Position numbers and translations under genes: made by a program. Positions 42,199 through 51,581 of a stretch of 64,000 nucleotides of DNA are shown here, in pieces; position 1 is the stretch's first letter; each line of letters begins with the position of its first letter. Below the pieces are notes generated by a model. That model was not told the DNA's origin and did not search any database. It saw only the letters and a list, made by a program, of their open reading frames with translations. This DNA is from Candidatus Aminicenantes bacterium (GTDB lineage: Bacteria > Acidobacteriota > Aminicenantia > Aminicenantales > JAFGBC01), in NCBI GenBank assembly GCA_963702005.1, contig OY969696.1, forward strand, positions 3,936,001 through 4,000,000, read 5' to 3'.

Positions 42199-43491
42199 AT
42201 GAACGCAACAGCGTCCGCCCTTCTCGTGCTGGCCGTTATGGTCGCGGCCTACATCGCGGCCAAGCTCCTCAAGATCTCGACCGAGCTGGCCCTGTTCGCG
42301 GCCGCCCTGGCGGGAGCGCTGGCCGGCGGGGCCGGGATTCCGGTCCGGCACATCGCCGAAGGCGCCTTCACCTATTTCGACATCATCCTCATCTTCGTCA
42401 CGGCGACCCTGTTCATGAACCTTCTCAAGGAATCGGGAGGCGTCGCCTTCGTCGTCCGGTCCGTCATCCGCCGCTTCCACCGTCGGAAGGCCGTCTTGTT
42501 CACCCTGTTCGCGATGCTTCTTCTCATCCCGGGCGCACTGACCGGAGCGGGCAGCGTGACCGTCCTCGTCATGGGCGGCATGGTCGCGACCGTCCTCGGC
42601 TACATGGACCTGCCTCGGCCCCGAATCGCGGCCATCATCTTCGTGATCGCCGGTCTGAGCGCGGCGGCTCCCCCGGTCAGCCTATGGGCGATGCTGACCG
42701 CAGCCGGCGTCAACATGCCCTACGTCGGGTTCTTTCTGCCCCTCCTCGTCCCCTGCGTGCTGCTCGCCATGGCGACGATCTTCTGGCTGGGCCGAAAGGC
42801 TAAACCCGTCAACCTCGACCTCGCCCTGCGCGAGCTTCCCCAGCCTCCGGCCGGAATGAGCTGGCTCCGAATCGTCCTCCCCTTCCTCGCCTTTCTTGTC
42901 CTGGTCGCGGCCGGAAGAGTTTGGCCGTTCTCCTTCCCCATCCTCGGCCTCCCGCTCATCTTCGCCGCCGCGGCCGGGCTGACCCTCGTTCTATCCCCGG
43001 TGCGCCTACCCGTCCTCCAAATCGCACGGCGGACGGTCGAGCAGCTCCTGCCGCTCATCGGGACGCTGACCTGCGCGGGAATCCTGGTCCAGATCATGAC
43101 CTTGACCGGAGTCCGCGGGCTCATCGCCGTCACCGTCGTCACCCTTCCCGTCATCGTGGTTTATTTTACGCTGTTCGTGACCCTCCCCATCTCAGAGGCC
43201 GTCCTGATGTGGGGGGCGGCGCCGGTCCTCGGCGTCCCGCTCGTTCTTCTGTTCAACACGATCAACCTCAATCCGATCGTCGCCCTGGCCGGGATGAGCG
43301 TCATCTGGCCGCTCGGCGACGCCGTCCCGCCCACGGCCATCATCGGGCGGCTGACGGCGGATACGGTCGGCATGAAAGAGCCCTACGGAAAGTTCCTCAA
43401 GGAATGCCTGGTCCCGGCCCTACTGATCGCGGCGGTCGGGACGCTGATGGTCGTCTTCAGCAAAAAACTGGCCTTCCTCACGGTGTTCTGA
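42199..43491 (+). CDS. TRAP DctM/IT-superfamily permease
   Basis: About 12 TMs; IPGALTG, AAAPP, PPTA. Confidence 0.75.
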   Translation: MNATASALLVLAVMVAAYIAAKLLKISTELALFAAALAGALAGGAGIPVRHIAEGAFTYFDIILIFVTATLFMNLLKESGGVAFVVRSVIRRFHRRKAVLFTLFAMLLLIPGALTGAGSVTVLVMGGMVATVLGYMDLPRPRIAAIIFVIAGLSAAAPPVSLWAMLTAAGVNMPYVGFFLPLLVPCVLLAMATIFWLGRKAKPVNLDLALRELPQPPAGMSWLRIVLPFLAFLVLVAAGRVWPFSFPILGLPLIFAAAAGLTLVLSPVRLPVLQIARRTVEQLLPLIGTLTCAGILVQIMTLTGVRGLIAVTVVTLPVIVVYFTLFVTLPISEAVLMWGAAPVLGVPLVLLFNTINLNPIVALAGMSVIWPLGDAVPPTAIIGRLTADTVGMKEPYGKFLKECLVPALLIAAVGTLMVVFSKKLAFLTVF

Positions 43492-43640
43492 TGATCGTCA
43501 CGATCCTTTATTATCTGCTGACGGCCTTGGTGGCCGCCCTCATCATCTGGAACGTCGTCAAGAGCCGCAAGTGGCAGGACGAGATTCTCTACGTCATCGT
43601 CCTCATCCCCTTTCTGCTGCGGCTCCTTAGGTTAAAATGA
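43491..43640 (+). CDS. Small membrane protein (49 aa)
   Basis: MIVTILYYLL...LLRLLRLK; stop/start overlaps with both neighbours. Confidence 0.75.
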   Translation: MIVTILYYLLTALVAALIIWNVVKSRKWQDEILYVIVLIPFLLRLLRLK

Positions 43641-44790
43641 ATCGGCGCAAAATTGTCATCGGGATTTTCGGCCTGGCCCTCCTCTTTTTTTCCGGGGCGA
43701 GCTTCTACCGCAGCCGCCATCTTAAGGAGCCCGTCGTCGCGAGCGCCGGGGTCGCCAAGGTCGTGAAGCTGGGCGACTATTTCCAGGGAGTTCGGGGAAC
43801 GATCAACGACTCCAACGTCTATGTCTTGGAAGGCTCTGAACCGGGCGGGACCATCCTCGTCCTGGGCGGCTCGCATCCCGAGGAGCCGGGGGGCGGCTGG
43901 CGGCCTGGATCCTGGCCGAACAGGGTATTGTCCGGAAGGGCCGCCTGTTGGTCGTTCTTTCCGCCAACCGGAGCGCGACGACGGTGACCCGGCTGGGCGG
44001 CGCCTATCCGCCCGACTTCTCGATCAAGACGAGCTGGGGCGCTCAGACCTTCCGGATGGGCGATCGCTGGTCAAATCCGCTCGACCAATGGCCGGACCCC
44101 GAGGTCTACATCCATTATCCGAGCCGCCAGGAGCTGGCTTACGTCGACATCCGCAACCTCAATCGAGCCTGGCCGGGACGCAAGAACGGCACCCTGACCG
44201 AGCGGACTTGCTTCGCTTTGATCGAGCTCATCCGCCGCGAGAAAGTCGACATCGTCATCGACCTCCATGAGGCCGAACTCCAATATCCGGTCATCTCGAC
44301 CATCGTCGCCCACCAGAAGGGACAGGACCTGGCCGCGATGGCCTCGATGATGATCTCGGGCTCGGAAGGGTTCAACATCGGCGTCGAGTATTCGCCGCTG
44401 ACCCTCCACGGCCTATCCCACCGCGAGATCGGCGACCACACCGATGCGATCTCGCTCCTGCTCGAGGCGCCCGAACCCTTCCTGGACGCGACGCGGGGCC
44501 GGACCGGGACCGATCTGCTGTTGACCGGCCGCGATCCCTTCATCGTCAAGGCCGGCCGGCACGGGCTGCTGTTCGAGAAGATCGACGAGAAAGGCTGGCC
44601 GATCGATGTCAGGGTCGGCCGTCACACATCGGCAATCCTCCAGATTCTGGAAACTTGGTCCGGGGACAAGCCCGACCGGGCCGTCGTCCTCGAAGGAATC
44701 CCCCGCTACCAAGAAGTTGTCGCCAAGGGCGTGGGCGCGTTCTTGCGCGACCCGTCCAAAGCGGACCCTAAATCAATTTACTACGAATAG
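43637..44790 (+). pseudogene. Succinylglutamate desuccinylase/aspartoacylase-like deacylase, frameshifted in a G6 tract
   Basis: GGSHPEEP in one frame continues as GRLAAWILAE...NLNRAWPG...IDLHE in another; one base is missing at 43888-43893. Confidence 0.8.
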
Positions 44791-44845
44791 ATGTCGCGGA
44801 TCAGGCGGGGTTATTGGCCATCGCTTGCATCCGCCTTTTTAGGCG
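44791..44845 (-). mobile_element. Degenerate attC
   Basis: GCCTAAa-aaggcggatgcaagcgatggccaataaccccgcctgatccgcgac; L boxes pair but R' is lost at the junction with the deacylase stop. Confidence 0.55.
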
Positions 44846-45239
44846 GAGTGCTGTTGTTTGACGCATCTTCCGAAGAGAGAATCCAGCGAATGGCGCTTTC
44901 AAAGTCCGTGAAGGCATTAACCGAAAAACCGCGGTTATGCGAGCATGTCTCAAGGAACGCGGCGGAGTCAAATGCGACGCCCGGAAAAACGAGAACGGCC
45001 ACTTTTCTGTGAAAGGTGTCGCCGTGCTCGCTGAGTTCCGCTGCAAGCCGATACAGATCGACCGTCGACATCTGCCACTGCGTGTCACGGAAATCAATGA
45101 GCAGATCGTAGTCCACCGGGTGGTGCTCAGCCTTGGCTATATCTACAAGAAGTTGTCTGCTTGTGGTGATGTCGATGATTCCCTCGGGAGCTACTTCAAG
45201 AAAATCCCCCGTCGTGATGATTTTGATCTTTGTTGCCAT
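44811..45239 (-). CDS. Hypothetical protein (possibly SpoIIAA/STAS-like), cassette-derived
   Basis: GGAGG RBS; LLIDFR, KVAVLV, FLET...RG..VNAFTDFESAIRW; C-terminus runs into the attC. Confidence 0.7.
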   Translation of the reverse strand: MATKIKIITTGDFLEVAPEGIIDITTSRQLLVDIAKAEHHPVDYDLLIDFRDTQWQMSTVDLYRLAAELSEHGDTFHRKVAVLVFPGVAFDSAAFLETCSHNRGFSVNAFTDFESAIRWILSSEDASNNSTPPKKADASDGQ

Positions 45240-45321
45240 GCGATCCTCCCCCGCCCAAATTCCCAGATTAAATAATATAACATCGCACATAAAATATCAA
45301 CATAGAATCGGCCGCGATCCC

Positions 45322-45551
45322 TTAGATTTTTAATCCGGGCGCCGGGGTGGCCAGCACCGCTATGTAGGCGGCAAAGGTCGGTCCCAGGCCGCCGAGCATG
45401 TTAAGAAGCATGAAGGGCAGGTGGCCATAGACCGTCGTCCGCGCGCGAGCCAGCGGCACCAAGATCCCCCAACAGGACCAACTGACCAGAAACGAGACCG
45501 CCAGAAAGATATTGAGACGGCTCAGGGGATTTCCGGAATAGTCAGCTTCAT
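45322..45551 (-). pseudogene. N-terminal remnant of a CPBP/Abi-like membrane protease
   Basis: FLAVSFLVSWSCW...LGGLGPTFAA, then abrupt end. Confidence 0.5.
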
Positions 45552-46138
45552 TTGCTTTCAATGTCGTCCGATTGGATGAGCGCCACCTTGTTCTGTTTAT
45601 CAAGGACATAGTGCTGCAGCAGCGTAGCGTTTGCAAATTCCGTGCGATAACGATAGTTCCGCCAACCGTCCTCATCCCAGCGTGCGACAAGGGTCATCGA
45701 GATAAAGCCGCCGAGCCGTTTCAGATCGGCCTGAAGCTCCTTTTGGTTGGGATAAAACTCCTTCCAAAAATCAGCGGTGTAGTCGCCGGGCCGGACGGTG
45801 CCGCCGAACATATCCTCAACGATGGCGTAAAGATGTTTCGTGACATCGGGTTCCCGGTCGGGAATCGGCTCCCATTTCTCCATGAATCCCGCCACCCAAT
45901 CGAAGGCGAGGCCTTCCGTGTTGACTCCACCTTGGGGCTGACCGTCATCAAATCCGACATAGGCGCAGCCCCAATGCCCTTCTCCGGCCGGAACAAACCA
46001 TATCCGGCTCTTGGGGTTCGACCAATCCTCGTTATTACAGAAGAGCGCCCGTTTCGCATCGGTGAGCACGAAGATGGTGCAGGCAAGAACCGGCGCGGAG
46101 ATGGAGCAAAAAAAGGCCAAGGCAAGACCATGTTTCAT
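45548..46138 (-). pseudogene. Ntn-hydrolase-like gene, apparently internally deleted
   Basis: Signal peptide then CTIF...NNEDW...QGGVNTEGLAFD; the fold seems cut after about 95 aa and joined to a C-terminal domain. Confidence 0.55.
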
Positions 46139-46644
46139 CGGGCGGCGCTTTGTTCGGCATTCTGAAAGAGGAGTTGCCAATAACCCACGTCAATCCACCG
46201 GCCGAACTTCCGGCCAACCTCCTTAAAATGCGCAACCTTGACAAATCCCAGACTTTCATGCAGAGCCACGCTGCCTTCATTCGGCAGGGCGATCCCTCCA
46301 ATGGCTCCATGCAAGGAACGGTTGCGAAGCTCGGATATCAGAGATTCATACAGCTGTCTTCCTATCCCTTTGCCGATGAAATCGGGATGGAGATAGATGG
46401 CGCTCTCCACGGAAAATCGATAGGCGCAGCGACTCTTCCATTGGCTCGCATAAGCATAGCCAACGACTTTTCCGTTTTCCTCGAACACAAACCATGGCAA
46501 AGAAGATGTTACTTCCGCGATTCGGCTCCGCATCTCCTGGATGGGAACGGGTTCTTCCTCAAAAGAGATGAGGGTATTCTTAACGTAATGGTTGTATATA
46601 TCGCAAATAGCCCCTGCATCTTCGATTTTTACATTGCGTATCAT
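46135..46644 (-). CDS. GNAT N-acetyltransferase (YncA/Pat-like); integron cassette
   Basis: IYNHYV, GYAYA, GKGIG, NEGSVALHESLGF, VGRKFGRWIDV; flanked by GTTCGGC and its complement GCCGAAC. Confidence 0.92.
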   Translation of the reverse strand: MIRNVKIEDAGAICDIYNHYVKNTLISFEEEPVPIQEMRSRIAEVTSSLPWFVFEENGKVVGYAYASQWKSRCAYRFSVESAIYLHPDFIGKGIGRQLYESLISELRNRSLHGAIGGIALPNEGSVALHESLGFVKVAHFKEVGRKFGRWIDVGYWQLLFQNAEQSAAR

Positions 46645-46656
46645 GGCTTTCCTTCC

Positions 46657-46686
46657 GCCGAACATTATTTACATCGATCCGTATAA
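46657..46686 (-). mobile_element. attI-like site without an integrase
   Basis: aacattatttacatcgatccgtataa (46661-46686) vs aacatatattagatggatccgcataa (4589-4614): 20/26 identical, ungapped. Confidence 0.75.
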
Positions 46687-46706
46687 TACTCCCAACATGG
46701 CTTTGG

Positions 46707-46786
46707 AGGAAGTCGTGGCTAAGGGGACGGATGCGTTCCTGCGCAACCCGTCTAAAGCGGCCCCTAAGTCTATTTATTACGAATAG
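46707..46786 (+). repeat. Diverged duplicate of the deacylase 3' end
   Basis: EVVAKGTDAFLRNPSKAAPKSIYYE* vs EVVAKGVGAFLRDPSKADPKSIYYE* at ~44713-44790. Confidence 0.9.
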
Positions 46787-46841
46787 GACCTTCCTGTCGA
46801 CGAACTAAAAAACGTATAGCTTTATCTAATACATTTTTCAG

Positions 46842-46878
46842 TTGACAATATGTCCAATATGACATATCCTTTTGAAGG
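46842..46878 (+). promoter_or_regulatory. Promoter/operator of the HigBA-like module
   Basis: TTGACA-17 nt-TATCCT; palindrome ATATGTC-caatat-GACATAT. Confidence 0.72.
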
Positions 46879-47211
46879 ATGATTTTTACAGATAAACCGC
46901 TTGTCTGGCTTCATGGTGAGGTTAAGACCCCACCCCTTTCCAAGGAGGCCCGATTGGAGGTTGGATACTTGCTTCGCTTGCTTCAGAGCGGGGAGTCTTT
47001 GAAAATACCTTGGTCTCGGCCAATGCCATCCCTGGGGCTCAGGTGTCACGAGCTGAGGGTTAATGATGTCTTCCGTACCTGGAGAATCATTTACAGAATA
47101 GACCCCGATGCGATCGTGATTCTAGAGGTTTTTCGGAAGCAAACGCGGAGCACGCCCAAGTCCATCTTGGACTCATGCCGGAAGCGTTTGCGAGACTATG
47201 ATGCCTGTTAG
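46879..47211 (+). CDS. RelE/HigB (Gp49-like) toxin
   Basis: KPLVWLHGEVKTPP, SRPMPS, CHELRV, WRIIYR, EVF.K.T..TP. Confidence 0.9.
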   Translation: MIFTDKPLVWLHGEVKTPPLSKEARLEVGYLLRLLQSGESLKIPWSRPMPSLGLRCHELRVNDVFRTWRIIYRIDPDAIVILEVFRKQTRSTPKSILDSCRKRLRDYDAC

Positions 47212-47222
47212 AGAGGTTTAAA

Positions 47223-47528
47223 ATGGATGCAGCCAAACGAAAAAGACTCGAAAAAGCAGGGTGGAAAGTCGGTACACCTCAAGAATTTCTCAACCTATCC
47301 AAAGAAGAGGCGGTCTATATTGAACTCAAACTCCGACTGGCAAAAGAACTCCTTGAACGCCGGCGGTCGCTTGGGATGAGCCAAATCGCGGTCGCGAAAA
47401 GAATACGTTCAAGCCAATCAAGAGTCGCGAAGATGGAAGCGGGAGACCCGTCCGTCTCCATTGATTTGCTCGTCAGGTCATTACTCGCCCTGGGCGGAAC
47501 CGTTCAGGCTCTACATAAGGCTTTTTAA
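47223..47528 (+). CDS. XRE-family HTH antitoxin (HigA-like)
   Basis: KRKRLEKAGWKVG, SQIAVAKRIRSSQSRVAKMEAGD. Confidence 0.9.
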   Translation: MDAAKRKRLEKAGWKVGTPQEFLNLSKEEAVYIELKLRLAKELLERRRSLGMSQIAVAKRIRSSQSRVAKMEAGDPSVSIDLLVRSLLALGGTVQALHKAF

Positions 47529-47644
47529 TCAGGTCGGCCGGCATACCTCCGCCGCTTGCAGATTCTTTAAAATTGATCGGAAGACGAGCCCGCCGCGCTA
47601 TCGCGATCAAGGGCATCGCCTGAAGTGCCTTATTAGCTGCACTA

Positions 47645-48058
47645 TCATAACAACCACATCACATATCGGACATGCCCCGTTTGAGCGTTCACAAGGAATA
47701 CCCAGACTGATTTGTCGGCAGAATATTCAAGGACAACATACCCTTTATTTTTCTGTCCGTTTATATAGGTTTGCCAACGCGAAAGCGGTAGTTTTTGGCC
47801 GGAGTATGGCCTTAAATACCTTAAGAACTCATTTGTTTCCTTTGGATCATACTGAAATTCTCCTTCAGATTTGTTTGTATCGAGATCGTTCGATGTCGTA
47901 ATATTTCTCGCTGACGAGGGGATAATATTAGGCAGCCAGCCCCGTTCAAAAACCTTTTCTGCCTCCGATTCGGATCGAGTGGCATAATGATTGGAAACAG
48001 CATTATTGCACGCCCCGAACAGAAAGAGGATAAGCACGATTATTGAAATGATTCTCAT
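47645..48058 (-). CDS. Putative lipoprotein; integron cassette
   Basis: LFGAC lipobox, RGWLP; starts after GTTAGTT; degenerate R'' (GCTAATaaggcacttcaggcg) after the stop. Confidence 0.7.
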   Translation of the reverse strand: MRIISIIVLILFLFGACNNAVSNHYATRSESEAEKVFERGWLPNIIPSSARNITTSNDLDTNKSEGEFQYDPKETNEFLRYLRPYSGQKLPLSRWQTYINGQKNKGYVVLEYSADKSVWVFLVNAQTGHVRYVMWLL

Positions 48059-48070
48059 ATTCACATTCTC

Positions 48071-48154
48071 AACTAACGATTTAAGCTCAAGCATGCCGCC
48101 ATACGAACTTCACGTCGTGGCGTCGTCTGCCGCGGCTTCTTAGACTCGTTATGC
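48071..48154 (-). mobile_element. attC: attC site (imperfect)
   Basis: GCATAAC-gagtctaagaagccgc...gcggcatgcttgagcttaaatc-GTTAGTT, 84 bp between two co-oriented low-GC ORFs. Confidence 0.6.
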
Positions 48155-48168
48155 GCCAGCTGATCCTT

Positions 48169-48696
48169 TTATTTTTTACTTAAATCAATGATTGAATATA
48201 TCTTACTAAGGCGGGGTTCGCAACTTGATAACAAATGTGGATCTTGTCGGAGATTTTCTTCAAATTCAATTAGCCCCTCTGAAAGAGCGTGCTCGAGCGC
48301 CTCAAGTTCAACGCCTGTATGAGCCTCTGGTTTAGGGGCACGCTTGATTACCTCTCTAATGGTCTCAATCCCGCCAGCACCCCAACAATATAACAAGCGT
48401 CGTGCGTGGCCAGTTTGAGTTGCAGTAGAATCAGGAGTTGCAGTATGTAGAATTGCGCATCTGGCTCCCCAAAGGTCAGAAGAGTTCACGTCGGAAAGGT
48501 GTTTGATAAGGTACTTGTCAACGAATTTTCGAAAACGCGGACCAGCTTGTTTATCATCGCCTCCCGCCCAAATATACGAAAACATATCGATCGTCGTATA
48601 CATAATGATAAGGTATCCAAGGGGCAAATCGGCGCGATAAAGGGCATTGAGGGCACGTTTCTGTTGCTCGGCCAGTTGTTTGAACCGCTCAATCAT
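48169..48696 (-). CDS. Hypothetical protein with HEPN-like R-x4-H motif; integron cassette
   Basis: FRKFVDKYL...DLWGARCAILH; GTTAGAC just before the ATG. Confidence 0.68.
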   Translation of the reverse strand: MIERFKQLAEQQKRALNALYRADLPLGYLIIMYTTIDMFSYIWAGGDDKQAGPRFRKFVDKYLIKHLSDVNSSDLWGARCAILHTATPDSTATQTGHARRLLYCWGAGGIETIREVIKRAPKPEAHTGVELEALEHALSEGLIEFEENLRQDPHLLSSCEPRLSKIYSIIDLSKK

Positions 48697-49098
48697 ATAG
48701 GTCTAACCATTAATATTTATCATGTAACAATTGATACGACATCTACCTAATTTACGAAATATTTTGAGTAACTCCATTTAATTGCCCCACAATATTGCGG
48801 TATTATTTTAGAATTATCCATATAAGATTTCAAATGGAATCAGATTTTCAGCTTTGCCGATAGCCAAGCTATTATTTTTAGTTTAGCCGGTGATCGTTAT
48901 TTAGGCCCCCCTCAAGGCGATTTGTAGAAAATAAAGATTATGTCACAAAGGAGGCCACCTCAAACTCTAAGGAAACCGTAGATCCGAAGTCAGTTTATTA
49001 CTAAAAAAACAATTATAACGGATAGGCTTCTATCTCCATTCCTGCCGAACGCTGTTTGAACCTCTCCTCATCAGCAGCTATAAGTCATGCGGCCTGTC

Positions 49099-51375
49099 TC
49101 AGAGGACCAGCGCGTAGCCGACCTTAAAGAAAAAGGTCCGGCCGGTCCGGGTCAAGTCCACGTCGCGCGTCCCCAATGAATTATCCGAGTAGCCGAGGAA
49201 GAGCACCGTCTGAGCGTTCAGCTTGTAGGAGAAAAGAAACTGGGTGAAGAGCCCGCGCGATCTTGACTCCACCGGCTCGTTGTAGAGGGCCGGATCTCGG
49301 TCAACGTCGCGGAATTGGGCGATCGCCCGGAGGAAACAGCGCGTGTTGACATTGTAGATCAAGCGGCCCTGAAGGAGGTGAGCCGTATAGATCCGTCCTT
49401 CGTCGCGCGAGAGGCGCTCCAGGTAATAGGAGGCGTTGAAGTTGATGTGGCGCCCCAGGCCAAATTCGGCGTTGGGACCGAATCGAACGGCCAGGGCGGG
49501 CCGGGCATTGGCATAGTCGACCGCCCCGGCCAGGTCGCCCTCCAAACCGAGGCTGAGACCCGAAGCCGGCTTGATAACCCCCCCCAGAACCAAATCGCTG
49601 ACGTCGTAGAGCCGGCCCGAATAATACTCCTGATTCCAACGTCCGATGACCTGGAGCTGGCTCTGCCAGGGTCCCTCATACAGGCCGCCCAGCGCGACCC
49701 GGGAATCCGTCAAGCGGCCGGTATGATCGGCGATCCGGTATCCTCTCAGCCAGACGCGGATGCGGTCGAACCAGTTGCCGCTTTTTCCGCCGCCCCGCTT
49801 CCCATAGAAGAGGACGTCGGTTTCGAGGTCGATCGTCCGGGTGTCGACGCGCGGCACGAAGCCCGAGTCGGCCCTGAACCCCGGGTCGATCCCTTCGTAG
49901 GCCGCAATAAGCACTAAGTCCCGGGTCATGTGGACGTACTGGGCCATGAGGGCATTCCCCCCGAAGTTGCCCCGCTCCTGCCCCTGTTCGACGGCCAGGG
50001 CGAAGGGATAGCGGCTGTCCGAGCGGAGGAACTGGAAAATGACCTGATCGCTCTTGCCCAGGCGCAGAAAGCCGTCCAGGCCTCCGGTATGGTTATGGTA
50101 GTCGCCTCCGACGCGTCCGGCGTAGAGCGCGCCGAGCGTCGAGCCCCGGCCAAGGTCATAGCGGTATCGGAAGACGCCGCTCGTCACGTCCCTATCGAGC
50201 GACGCCGCGCCGCTTCCCTGATTGGAGGGAAAAAGGAGGTTGTTGATCCGGTCCTGGGCGGCGAAAAATCCGACCGCGCTGCGCCCGATCTTGCCGGTAA
50301 CCTTCGCTCCCCAATTCGGATCGGCCACGGTCCGGGTGAACACGGCTTGGAAGGGCGTCATGAAAAAGTCGCCCCCCTCCAGAAAGAAGGGCCTCTTTTC
50401 GGGATAGTAAAGGGCGAACCGGGTGTTGACATCGAGCTGGGCGACATCCGCCTCGACCTGGGAAAAATCGGGATTGGCAGTGGCGTTGAGCATCAGGTTG
50501 GGCGTAATCCCCCAGCGTGCCGTGAGCCCGGGATCGGCCTCGGCGCGTCCCGCCTCCATCGGGCCCGAGGGAAAATCGGACCGGGTGTCGCTGCGGTCCA
50601 CGGTCAAGGTCGGCGTGAACTGCATGTTGAGCCCCGGGGAGATCCCCTCGAAGCCGGTGATCTTGTTGAACTGGCAGATAAGGCAATTCCGGTCGCGGTC
50701 GCGGACGTGGGTGCTAATCCTGTGCCGGACGAGCCGGGGATAGGAACGATCGGCCTCGAATCCCCAAGTCTGGACACCGCCTCCCCTGGGAAAGCGAAGC
50801 TGGTTGAAGGGCACGGCCACTTCGACCGTGTACCCGAAATCCGTGATCGCGCCAGCCGATTCCCAGATCGCGTCCCAGGAAAAGTCCTCGTATTGGTCGA
50901 GCTCGCTGAACATGGCGTCGGCCTGCACGCCCAGAGGGTTGACGCGGAATTGGAAAGCCCGGCGCTCGTCGTTGAAGGTGTCCAGAATGAAGCTGACGTG
51001 GTCGTCCTGGATAAAAGTGTCGATGGCGTCGCGGTCCATCAGATGGGCCCGGATCTTGGCCGGCTCGGGGTCGAAACAGCGGAAGGCGATATAGAGCCGC
51101 GAATCGTCGAACGTCACCAGGCACTCGGTCTTGACCGGCGGCGGACAGTTCTCGCCGGGCATCCATTCATAGAGGATTTCAAGCCGGCCGGCATCCTTCC
51201 AAGCTTGTTCGTCGAGATTCCCGTCGACCCGGACAGGCGAGGAAGCGCGGGTCAGAGTCAGAGACTGAGGCGGGGGATATTTTCCGGGAGAATCTTGCGC
51301 GGCGCCCGCCGCGAGCGGGACGGCGAGCAGCAAGCCGGCCAAGATGAGTGCGATCGGTCTTCCGGCGATATTCAT
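49099..51375 (-). CDS. CBM9-like domain + DUF5916 outer-membrane protein
   Basis: VDGNLDEQAW, LDTFND, NPLGVQ.D, NPDFSQVEAD, PEKRPFFLEG. Confidence 0.88.
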   Translation of the reverse strand: MNIAGRPIALILAGLLLAVPLAAGAAQDSPGKYPPPQSLTLTRASSPVRVDGNLDEQAWKDAGRLEILYEWMPGENCPPPVKTECLVTFDDSRLYIAFRCFDPEPAKIRAHLMDRDAIDTFIQDDHVSFILDTFNDERRAFQFRVNPLGVQADAMFSELDQYEDFSWDAIWESAGAITDFGYTVEVAVPFNQLRFPRGGGVQTWGFEADRSYPRLVRHRISTHVRDRDRNCLICQFNKITGFEGISPGLNMQFTPTLTVDRSDTRSDFPSGPMEAGRAEADPGLTARWGITPNLMLNATANPDFSQVEADVAQLDVNTRFALYYPEKRPFFLEGGDFFMTPFQAVFTRTVADPNWGAKVTGKIGRSAVGFFAAQDRINNLLFPSNQGSGAASLDRDVTSGVFRYRYDLGRGSTLGALYAGRVGGDYHNHTGGLDGFLRLGKSDQVIFQFLRSDSRYPFALAVEQGQERGNFGGNALMAQYVHMTRDLVLIAAYEGIDPGFRADSGFVPRVDTRTIDLETDVLFYGKRGGGKSGNWFDRIRVWLRGYRIADHTGRLTDSRVALGGLYEGPWQSQLQVIGRWNQEYYSGRLYDVSDLVLGGVIKPASGLSLGLEGDLAGAVDYANARPALAVRFGPNAEFGLGRHINFNASYYLERLSRDEGRIYTAHLLQGRLIYNVNTRCFLRAIAQFRDVDRDPALYNEPVESRSRGLFTQFLFSYKLNAQTVLFLGYSDNSLGTRDVDLTRTGRTFFFKVGYALVL

Positions 51376-51581
51376 AAGGGCTCCTTTCGAACTTCATGAT
51401 GATCGGCGAGACGTCAAAATGGGCGGCTGGATAATAGGCCATCCGTCTCAATAATATTACGGCCTGAAGGAGCCTTTTGTTTCAGGCCAGCCCCCGATTT
51501 TTAAATAGGCGCGAGCCGCCGGCCAGACCGCTAGTTTTCGGTCTGTTGTAGCCGCGCGGACGGTTTTAAGGCCTACGACAG

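Noticed and set aside
46592-46786. 64-aa ORF ending PKSIYYE as a real gene
   Set aside because: It is an antisense run-in across the attI-like site joined to the duplicated deacylase tail; reported as a repeat instead.
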